64,000 nt of DNA, from positions 2,930,909 to 2,994,908 of the forward strand of contig OY730440.1 in assembly GCA_963422655.1 (NCBI GenBank). Direction: 5' to 3'. Source of the stretch: Acidimicrobiales bacterium (GTDB taxonomy: Bacteria; Actinomycetota; Acidimicrobiia; Acidimicrobiales; Aldehydirespiratoraceae). The translations under genes and the position numbers were made by a program. Every line of letters begins with the position of its first letter. Position 1 is the stretch's first letter. Below the pieces are notes generated by a model that saw only the letters and a program-made list of their open reading frames with translations, did no database searches and had not been told where the DNA came from. Positions 10,001 through 16,785 of the stretch are shown piece after piece.

Positions 10001-10679
10001 TATCGTATGTATCGGGCATTAGCGCGAAACGCGGTTTGGTATTGTCTGTCGACAAGGCTCGTACCAAATAGGACATTACGATATCACTATGGCTGTAGCC
10101 GACGAAGAGAACAGTATAAGATTGAAACAATTCTACGAGGAAGCGGCGAGCCCACCCTTCGGTGAGATACGCCCTACCGAAGTCCGCATCTGTGAGCACC
10201 ATGTCCTCGGCACAGCCGAGAGACCCATGGACATGGACTATCCCATTGAACTTGGTTCCCAGAGGCAAAGCTGGTGCCCTGTACACTTCGGGCTCCGAGC
10301 CAAACTTCCCTTCTGCGGCTTTTTCGAACAGAGTATCGAAATTGGTGGTAACGATGCAGATTGATTTCGGTTTCGAATAGAGTCGCAGTAGATCGTGATG
10401 TAAATTGGTTGGTTGAGGATTGTTCTTCGAGAGTTCTTTTACGGCCTGGCAATGCACCTTTACCCCTTTGTGCTGGAGCCTGCTCAGAAAGTGGTCCTCT
10501 GATTCGCCAGCAGACTTCTTTTCCCCAGTACCATGCGCGATCGCCTCTGTCAAATCCTTGAAGTTAGGTAGACCCGCTGGCTGCCCCATCGAAACGCCTG
10601 CGCCGGCAAAGATGACCAACCTGTCATCACGTAGAGCATCCAGCAGTGGTCTAGGGAAGTTGATACCTGATATCTTCAT
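7065..10679 (-). CDS. 1204-aa SIR2_2-domain (sirtuin-like NADase) protein with a long Trp-rich helical C-terminal region
   Basis: N-terminal ~230 aa: LVIFAGAGVS (Rossmann), IVTTNFDTLFE (Asn113), GIVHVHGSL (His151), VLFVGYSHSD. These are the SIR2_2 hallmarks seen in defence sirtuins. No GxxxxGK[ST] P-loop occurs anywhere. Its ATG overlaps the upstream stop as ATGA (10676-10679). This is the lowest-G+C gene of the island. Confidence 0.85.
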   Translation of the reverse strand: MKISGINFPRPLLDALRDDRLVIFAGAGVSMGQPAGLPNFKDLTEAIAHGTGEKKSAGESEDHFLSRLQHKGVKVHCQAVKELSKNNPQPTNLHHDLLRLYSKPKSICIVTTNFDTLFEKAAEGKFGSEPEVYRAPALPLGTKFNGIVHVHGSLGCAEDMVLTDADFGRAYLTEGWARRFLVELFQSYTVLFVGYSHSDIVMSYLVRALSTDNTKPRFALMPDTYDTQQWSLLGIKPILYQKSSDNDHSALYQGVKALANYASRGILDWQHEITEIVKAPPSSLDDEALDIINDALSDLTRTRFFTDVAEHQEWIGWLEQNNHLNKLFGTGNFGELNDQAVQLALWLVQTFLCDHSTMLFLLIGRKTMQIHPDFWTVLADRVMSEQDHPLDDHTLARWVSLLLATSPQPPNISVLFQLGECCAKVGLTDSLLEIFDAMITGRPLLEPGFGVPENGIVLPVKAKWKFGRFKQDSTWITKLWEEGLKPNLEKVADPLLEKTIRHLKVQHQTLQTWQATDSRLDTTSYGRSAIEPHEQNKFHKAVDVLIDAARDCLEYLAMSQPLRAAFWCDRLVSENAPILQRLAVHTLPLRKDLTSEEKIDWLLANILLHSSPARHEIFHSVYAIYPEISPEKRQAVINKILSDIWPQGDGNWECYTAYRHFVWLYWLHRSDSDCALAKRYLDNLSERYPDFQPPKYPDFTHYAEFGPTELQSPWNAEELLSQPASQWSDELMSYGKRDFEPARNELLQEVEKAATINFRWGLDLADVLADSNHWGSDLWPSLMRAWSCELDESNHRKVLGRLAEVELYSEQAPHIADVLCRLVKNGGRPYAADLLADANPIATALWDHFEQNEQSSPTDYDLKSQDWFTQALKHSAGVLTEFWLGSFRLWYNNQNPKPDTLGDEYSRAFSRVVDNTNHIGRLGKAILSIHLELLFTIDENWTTRYLVPLFKDTNNPDCQAVWSGFLYGYLSPPIAEALQDAFLAVVQHIGDLFQDSTSVRKRFVEFYTIMVVHLVEDPLDSWIPKFFEQSAVEDRRTLALNIGSHLENMDDTRRQEWWGRWLRQYWENRLQGIPAPLNDHEVEAMLGWLLHLKELFPEAVVFAIQMPVPPLEEDRIIYRLKGEGLSSRYPEATVKLLVYLAGSQSFTSGSHSPIRHMSELIGELCLLDLPEGLSTQLAELTAKLGLRDALYTTMTKPEASQTGE

Positions 10680-11944
10680 CGTAGGCTGGCCGCATGGATC
10701 GTCAGCAAGAGTTCGGCATCGTCGATGAGGCGATACTCGGGCCGTTTACCGGACAATCTCTCACTGTTGTCAAGGATGATCTCCACCCCTTCGCCGCGCT
10801 TGTCCATCATGGTTCGACGGTCCGTAGTCAGCCATGGCCGGTCAGCCGGAACCCGACATTTGGCGAGCAGACTGGTAAGGACTTCGTTGCGGGTCGATTG
10901 CAGGTGAGCAAGGTTTTCGATGGTCATCGCGTTCGCAATAGCACCCGGTGAGTAGAGTTCCAAGCGATCCTCGAACATTCGCAGCCTGATCTTGGAGCCG
11001 TGGATCGAATAGTCTCTGTGCGCAACCGCGTTGACGACAGCTTCGAACACCGCCGTCATGTCGAACTGCGGTCGATCCACCCGTCCCTGCTCCTTGAAAG
11101 CTTCTACCTTCATGTTCTTCACCACGAATCGGCAAGCATCCACAATTTGGTGGTCGAGCGGCCCGACGATGTCCGCGGCGTCCAGTTGGTAGAGATCTCC
11201 GGATGCTCCGCCAGCTCTGATATCGGTGCCACGGTATGCAACAGCCTGAATGTACGCGTTGGGTAACCACTGCCGTGCATCCTCAGCGGCCATCAACACA
11301 CCAGCAACGGTTGGCCTTGATATACCGGTGTCATCGGTACTCACCATGTGGAGATTGGAAAGCAAATTCTGCAATGAATCCCCCGTACGCGAGGTTCTGA
11401 ATCGATCACAGAGATCGGGAGACAAGTTTTCCAGGCATGCTCCGGGGATGGTTTGCTCATCGAAACGGATGAAGCGAACTTGACTACGCTGCTGGAACAG
11501 CCGAGCAAGATACTCAGGAGACATGGCCCGTTTCATGCTCCCGACACGGTAAAAGTATCCACCAGGGCTTCGATGTACGAACAGGCTTCGCGGCACATCG
11601 ATCTTGACAACGGCGACATCCTCTCCCGTGGTCGCAGGCAGCCATATGAGGTCTATAACCGGGTTTATCGGAGGTGTGATGATGTCCGTACATGCCTCAC
11701 GGACGAAGCGCTCCACGATGGCGAGACTTTCAACGGGAATCCCCAGTACTTCTCGTGTATCGTCTTCCACGCCCAGCAGGCATACACCACCGCGGCTGTT
11801 GGCGAAAGCAGCTAATTCATCAGCAATGGAATCGCGATGAGGCCCACTGACTCGCCCACTCTTGAACCGGACTTCCTTCAGTTCCAGGAAAGTAGATTCC
11901 CCCAGTCGAATCTTGTCGAGCAGTTCCTTCGGGCTATCGAACAT
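10676..11944 (-). CDS. Schlafen/AlbA_2-domain + HATPase_c_4-like protein, no C-terminal HTH (422 aa)
   Basis: GESTFLELKEVRF...ELAAFANSRGGVCLLGVED (AlbA_2, PF04326-type). ...FEAVVNAVAHRDYSIHGSKIRLRMFEDRLELYSPG (HATPase_c_4-type). The start overlaps the upstream stop by 11 nt. Confidence 0.85.
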   Translation of the reverse strand: MFDSPKELLDKIRLGESTFLELKEVRFKSGRVSGPHRDSIADELAAFANSRGGVCLLGVEDDTREVLGIPVESLAIVERFVREACTDIITPPINPVIDLIWLPATTGEDVAVVKIDVPRSLFVHRSPGGYFYRVGSMKRAMSPEYLARLFQQRSQVRFIRFDEQTIPGACLENLSPDLCDRFRTSRTGDSLQNLLSNLHMVSTDDTGISRPTVAGVLMAAEDARQWLPNAYIQAVAYRGTDIRAGGASGDLYQLDAADIVGPLDHQIVDACRFVVKNMKVEAFKEQGRVDRPQFDMTAVFEAVVNAVAHRDYSIHGSKIRLRMFEDRLELYSPGAIANAMTIENLAHLQSTRNEVLTSLLAKCRVPADRPWLTTDRRTMMDKRGEGVEIILDNSERLSGKRPEYRLIDDAELLLTIHAASLR

Positions 11945-14789
11945 GCGGCAGCTTGTGTCCCAGCCGTCGGTAACGGCGTTCGAATGCTTCGTGCCCGCCT
12001 TCCATGACCCGGCAGATTTCTTCGCGCATGGCTTCTTCCTGTAGACACCCAGACTGAACTACCCGGCACTGGCCGTCGACGAAATCCAGCGCATGCAACA
12101 TCTCCGCATCCCCGTTGACCACCACATTGGGGTTGTGTGTCACGACGATGATCTGTCGCTTGAGTTTGTTCTCTCGGATCTGTCGCACGACCAAATCGTA
12201 GATCAGATGATTGTCGAGATCGTCCTCCGGTTGATCCAGCACCAGCGGCTCCTTGCCGTATGTGAGCAGAAATGCCAGCATCGCCGCCGACCGCTGCCCT
12301 GCCGATGCTTGGGAGATGGGCTGAAAATCGGTGCCATCGCCCCCGCGGCTGTACTCCACTCGTAACCCGTCTTCGGGGAACCAAGTCCATACCTTGTCGA
12401 GGAAACCTGGCTGCTCATCGAATTTACGTTTCAGGTAATTGTTGAAATGTCCGCCAAAACTACCGCGCCCTGAACAGGCAGCCTCAATGCGGTGCTTGAG
12501 CTGATCGATGCGCTGTTCAATTGTAGTACTTCGTTGCCCTGTCTCGGAGGGTATGCCATCCAGAAGATCGGCTATGGCACCTTCTGGTGCCGCACCATCC
12601 TGATTGGTGAGGATATCGTTTTGGAATCGATCGTCGGTGACATCGAGTATCTCGCGCAGCGAACGCTCTATAGTCTGAGGATCGTCTCCATAGGATCGGA
12701 TTTGGATCTGCACGAAGTCGTTCTGATCCAAGGTCTGGGTCAGGAAGGCTTCCCGAGCCTTACTGATCGATCTACGGGCTTCCAGGACTTTCTTCAACTG
12801 TGACTGCGACTGCCTTTCTAGCCGATCACGCTCTCGCTGCAACGAATCCAGTTCCTTTATCTCACTGTCCAGGCGTTGGCGGTCCTGCACCAGACGTCCG
12901 TATTCGCTCGGGTCGGTCACGCCTTCTTCTCTCACTGCGCTGACCAATTCCGCGTAATCCTCGGTGGCTTTGTCGATAGCAGCCTGCCAGTCGCTTCGGG
13001 TCAATTCTGCCCGTTGTGCTTCTATGATATCACGCAGACGCTGGGCACAACGTCGTAGGTCATCAGCGGTACTCTGCAAGGCTGACGCCAGCGTATCCAT
13101 AGCCGATATTGCATCCTGATCTTCCTTCGAACCCGTATTGAACAGACCGTCAGGGATGTCCTCTGGTTGCAACGCCTGGGCCGCGTTTTCGACACGCTTT
13201 GCCAACTTGTCGACAGCACCGAATTGTCGGTCCACCTCCCGTTTCTGGCGGCTACGATCCTGATAACTTTTTAGGATTGCCGCGTGTCGCGCTTCTTCAA
13301 ATCGCGCCAATTTGCGTTCGGCGTCCGCCAACTCGACCGCGAGGGTATGCCGACGATCGAGTCTTCCGTCCAGTTCTCGCACCCGTGCCCGCAAAGTTTC
13401 GAACCCGCGCCGAGCTTCGCCGAGTGCCTCTCGGCGGACTGCTGTGGCCGCCGCCTCGTCGATCACCTGCAATAGTGCATCCGGATCGTCACCGGACAAC
13501 TCTACGATCTGGCCCTGGCTGAAAATGCGAATCGGAAAGCGTTCGGGCGTGATGATCTGACTTTGAGACGGGTGCCAAACCCCGTCGCGCTCTTCCTCTA
13601 TCCCCTCGTTGTTGCCGGTTCGAGACCAGTGCACACGATGCTTGACGCCGTCGCGTATTATCGTCCAGACGATTTTTGTTGATTCCTGGATGCCGCCGGT
13701 ATCCATACGATTCTTGGGGACACGATTGAAGCCCTCGAATGTCAGACGCGGGCCGCTTCGATCATTCAGGTGGCCCAACTCGTTGTCACGTCGCGACACC
13801 AGTCGTAGCGCGTGAACAATTGTGGATTTACCGGTACCGCGTCCGCCCACCACAGCGTTGAGCCAGGGGCTGAACTCGATTATGGCTGGTTGGCCATGGC
13901 CCATGTACCGTGCGTCGGCGATTTCGACCGCTTCGATGAAGTGCTCCGGCAGCTCGAACGGGTTGAAAGCATCGGGATCGTCGCTGCGCCGGATCGAAAA
14001 CCCCTGGCCGTCCAGTAGTGCCAACCTCAACCCTGCCAGTGATGGAGGGTTGGCCATTTTCACCCAGGAGTAACGAGAGCCAGGAGAACGACTACTGATT
14101 GATTCTCTGGGGTGATGCGAATCGGAACCGAGAACTTCGGCCCATGCCAGCTTCCTCTTGTGGTATACGTCCGGTTTATCTCTGCCGGTATCGACCACCT
14201 CGATCGCGAACAGACCTTCATGATCCAGTATTGGCGCTAGTTTATTGCCGGATAATTGCCAAGCGCCTGACGGGCCGTCCACATGAGCAAGAACAGTAAC
14301 ATATCCGTTCTCACTTATAGCTTGTAGTACCTCGATGGGAGATGCATCGGCTGCATAGTCACTCGATCCTGAGTCGCCTCGATACCCCACTGCCCCCAGC
14401 AGTGCATCGATGTCGGCGGTTCCTTTGTCTATATCTAATACAGCAAGGATGTGAATGTTGCCGTTAGCAGTGATTTCTACACCAGGGAACAGGTGCAACT
14501 GTCGATAGCCATCAGGGCGCTCATGGTCCAAATCATCAAGTGCTTGTTTGAGAGGGTCGATCCACTCTCCGGTGTTGTGATCTGTCACTGCTACGCAGTC
14601 CACACCGGCGCGCATGAATCCGAGTAACCAATCCCGGGGGGTGATCTGACGCAACGCGGCTTGCGCAGGTCCTTTACCGTAATCCATGGATGCAGGCGTG
14701 TGCGTGTGGAAATCGAATTTCCACCACCTTGCACCAGGATAAGACCAGCGCTGGTCTGGGTTTGAAATCTCTGGCTGGGCACTATTCAT
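11934..14789 (-). CDS. PHP-domain phosphoesterase fused to an SMC/Rad50/SbcC-like ABC ATPase (951 aa)
   Basis: PHP motifs: FDFHTHTPAS (H28/H30), VAVTDHN, LAHVDGP, LGSDSHHP. Walker A GGRGTGKST (aa 315-323, nt ~13821-13847). A Glu/Arg/Leu-rich coiled-coil region spans ~aa 430-700. ABC signature SAGQRS and Walker B LVLDQPEDDLD follow, then VVTHNPN. A GGAGGTGG SD lies 6 nt upstream of the ATG. Confidence 0.85.
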   Translation of the reverse strand: MNSAQPEISNPDQRWSYPGARWWKFDFHTHTPASMDYGKGPAQAALRQITPRDWLLGFMRAGVDCVAVTDHNTGEWIDPLKQALDDLDHERPDGYRQLHLFPGVEITANGNIHILAVLDIDKGTADIDALLGAVGYRGDSGSSDYAADASPIEVLQAISENGYVTVLAHVDGPSGAWQLSGNKLAPILDHEGLFAIEVVDTGRDKPDVYHKRKLAWAEVLGSDSHHPRESISSRSPGSRYSWVKMANPPSLAGLRLALLDGQGFSIRRSDDPDAFNPFELPEHFIEAVEIADARYMGHGQPAIIEFSPWLNAVVGGRGTGKSTIVHALRLVSRRDNELGHLNDRSGPRLTFEGFNRVPKNRMDTGGIQESTKIVWTIIRDGVKHRVHWSRTGNNEGIEEERDGVWHPSQSQIITPERFPIRIFSQGQIVELSGDDPDALLQVIDEAAATAVRREALGEARRGFETLRARVRELDGRLDRRHTLAVELADAERKLARFEEARHAAILKSYQDRSRQKREVDRQFGAVDKLAKRVENAAQALQPEDIPDGLFNTGSKEDQDAISAMDTLASALQSTADDLRRCAQRLRDIIEAQRAELTRSDWQAAIDKATEDYAELVSAVREEGVTDPSEYGRLVQDRQRLDSEIKELDSLQRERDRLERQSQSQLKKVLEARRSISKAREAFLTQTLDQNDFVQIQIRSYGDDPQTIERSLREILDVTDDRFQNDILTNQDGAAPEGAIADLLDGIPSETGQRSTTIEQRIDQLKHRIEAACSGRGSFGGHFNNYLKRKFDEQPGFLDKVWTWFPEDGLRVEYSRGGDGTDFQPISQASAGQRSAAMLAFLLTYGKEPLVLDQPEDDLDNHLIYDLVVRQIRENKLKRQIIVVTHNPNVVVNGDAEMLHALDFVDGQCRVVQSGCLQEEAMREEICRVMEGGHEAFERRYRRLGHKLPHVR

Positions 14790-14828
14790 ACGGCCACCTC
14801 CACCTACTGTATGTCTATTCCTGTAAGC

Positions 14829-16583
14829 TCATTTCCCTGCTATACGGCTGTATTCCAAGAGCACCGACTGGCCCATGACGTTCATGATTCGAACCGTTGC
14901 CTCCATTCCGTTGGCGTCAGTGACGCTCAACTCCTCCCCGAAGATGAAGTTGACAGGCTGCGGCACGCCTGCGTTGATGGTGATATTGGATGCATAGAGA
15001 TAAGTCCTGCCGAACTCATCTCGAATGGGATTTAGTCGTCCGGTCAAGCCCGGAATGCTACCGGTTGCTTCGGGGAAGATTACCGAGCCGCCTTCGGGTC
15101 GAGTATTCAGATTGAGAGTGAGCGATCTTCGTGACGGAACCCACCCGAGCTCCAGTTGGGCCGCGAAGCCTTTGGCGGCCGCGAATACCGTCATCGGCAG
15201 ATGGGCAACGTGCAGATCGACGACGGCCTCTCCATTGTCGTTCGTGGTCGCGCGTTTCCATGTCTTGTTCGGAAACAGTGTCAACACGTCCACATCGGCC
15301 AACGGCTCGCTGCCGCTGTGTACAGTGATAACGGCGTTTGTTGGTGTGGATTCCAACGACGCGGCTGGAACCGCGAGACAGAGTGCGGTTCCGTCTATGA
15401 GTCGAAAGTCGGGAAGTGTGCCGCATAGCTCCCAAGTCTCTCGCTGGATGATAGGGACCCCGTCTCCCCGTCGCTCCATGAAGAAGTGTCTTCCACTCGT
15501 TCCTTCGATGCCCACAACGCTTACCCTGCCCAGAACCGAAGTCAGTACTTCGTTACGTGTCGATTGCCGATCGCCCATACTTTCGATCGTCAGGTTGTTG
15601 GGAAGTGGGCCAGGAGAGCAAAGCTCGAGCCGATTCTCGAACATCGAGAGCCTGATCCTGCTGCCTCGAATCGAGTAGTCACGGTGAACGACGGCGTTGA
15701 CCAGCGCCTCGAACAGGACCTTTTTGCTGTACTGGGGGATATCTCGGCGCGCCGGATTCTTATGCGCTGCAATGCTCATGTTGCGCACGGCGAAAGCCAG
15801 AGCGTCCGTAATCTGCCTGTTGATCGGCCCGCCGATGATTTGTGTATCCAACTGCCCGGATGCCTTGTCTACACCCCGGTAGCGGGTTGCGATAATGCAG
15901 GCGTTGGGGAGCCATCGTTCGGGTGAGTTACTGCACAGCAGCACACCCGCGACGGTGGCCCGCGTCACGTCTTTCACGTCGGGTGCCAGCAACCCCATCT
16001 TCTCCAGCGCCAGTTCCGGATCGGCGGCGCTCTCAGCGCTGAGTAGAGGTCTCCACAGGGCCTCGTCGAGCGTCCCGAACCCTGTCTCGGGCACGGGCTG
16101 CTTGTCGAACCAGAGAAAGCGCGCCTGGCCTCGCCTCTGCGCCAAGCGCAGCCGTTCGTCACCGGCTATTTTTCGCTTGGTACTACCCACCCGGATGTAG
16201 CTACCGCCGGGACTGTCGTGCGGTGCGTGTCCCTCGGGGACTTCCACCAGCAGAAATGACTTACCTTCGGTTATCTCCTTGCGAAATATATTGACCCTGA
16301 TCAAGGGATTTACAAGGTTGGTGCATACTTCTGATATAAGGCGTTCCACTTCGTCCATCTGCGGGCGGGACAGGCCCTGAACATCACCTGCGTCGGTGAT
16401 GCCGCACAGCAGCACGCCGCCGTTGGTGTTGGCAAAGGCGGCGATTTCGTCCGCCCAATCCTCACGCTGAGGGCTTTTGGGACGATTGCCGACGAATACG
16501 ATTTCTTTGAATTCCCAGTTGCTGTCTTCGCCCAATCGAAGTTGGCGCCTGACTGCTTCGTCGCTGTACGGCATTGCTGCCAT
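14829..16583 (-). CDS. Schlafen/AlbA_2-domain + HATPase_c_4-like protein with a ~170-aa beta-rich C-terminal domain instead of an HTH (584 aa)
   Basis: GEDSNWEFKEIVF...EIAAFANTNGGVLLCGITD. FEALVNAVVHRDYSIRGSRIRLSMFENRLELCSPG. The C-terminus (aa ~415-584) has alternating hydrophobic/polar beta-like segments and no recognisable HTH. An alternative start is Met4 (16574), which has AGGA upstream. Confidence 0.85.
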   Translation of the reverse strand: MAAMPYSDEAVRRQLRLGEDSNWEFKEIVFVGNRPKSPQREDWADEIAAFANTNGGVLLCGITDAGDVQGLSRPQMDEVERLISEVCTNLVNPLIRVNIFRKEITEGKSFLLVEVPEGHAPHDSPGGSYIRVGSTKRKIAGDERLRLAQRRGQARFLWFDKQPVPETGFGTLDEALWRPLLSAESAADPELALEKMGLLAPDVKDVTRATVAGVLLCSNSPERWLPNACIIATRYRGVDKASGQLDTQIIGGPINRQITDALAFAVRNMSIAAHKNPARRDIPQYSKKVLFEALVNAVVHRDYSIRGSRIRLSMFENRLELCSPGPLPNNLTIESMGDRQSTRNEVLTSVLGRVSVVGIEGTSGRHFFMERRGDGVPIIQRETWELCGTLPDFRLIDGTALCLAVPAASLESTPTNAVITVHSGSEPLADVDVLTLFPNKTWKRATTNDNGEAVVDLHVAHLPMTVFAAAKGFAAQLELGWVPSRRSLTLNLNTRPEGGSVIFPEATGSIPGLTGRLNPIRDEFGRTYLYASNITINAGVPQPVNFIFGEELSVTDANGMEATVRIMNVMGQSVLLEYSRIAGK

Positions 16584-16785
16584 CCTATTGCTGTGAGATC
16601 AGCGAACTTCCCCTTCACTGTCGTTGAACTCCAGCCGGAATCTCGTCGGTCTCGACACCTCGTTTGGTTATGATTTGCGGTCCTTTCGTCAAGGCTCGTC
16701 TCCAGCGTCAGCTATATTGCCTCGGCCCGCCGAACAGCCGATTCGGAGTGATCGAAGCAGCTTTCGCCGTCGATCAGGATCGTTC

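Noticed and set aside
7065-10679. SIR2-STAND (Avs5-type) or SIR2-HerA / Thoeris / SIR2-pAgo assignment for the 1204-aa protein
   Set aside because: No Walker A/P-loop was found in the protein. No HerA, TIR or Argonaute gene is in the neighbourhood. The architecture fits a DSR-like sirtuin better.
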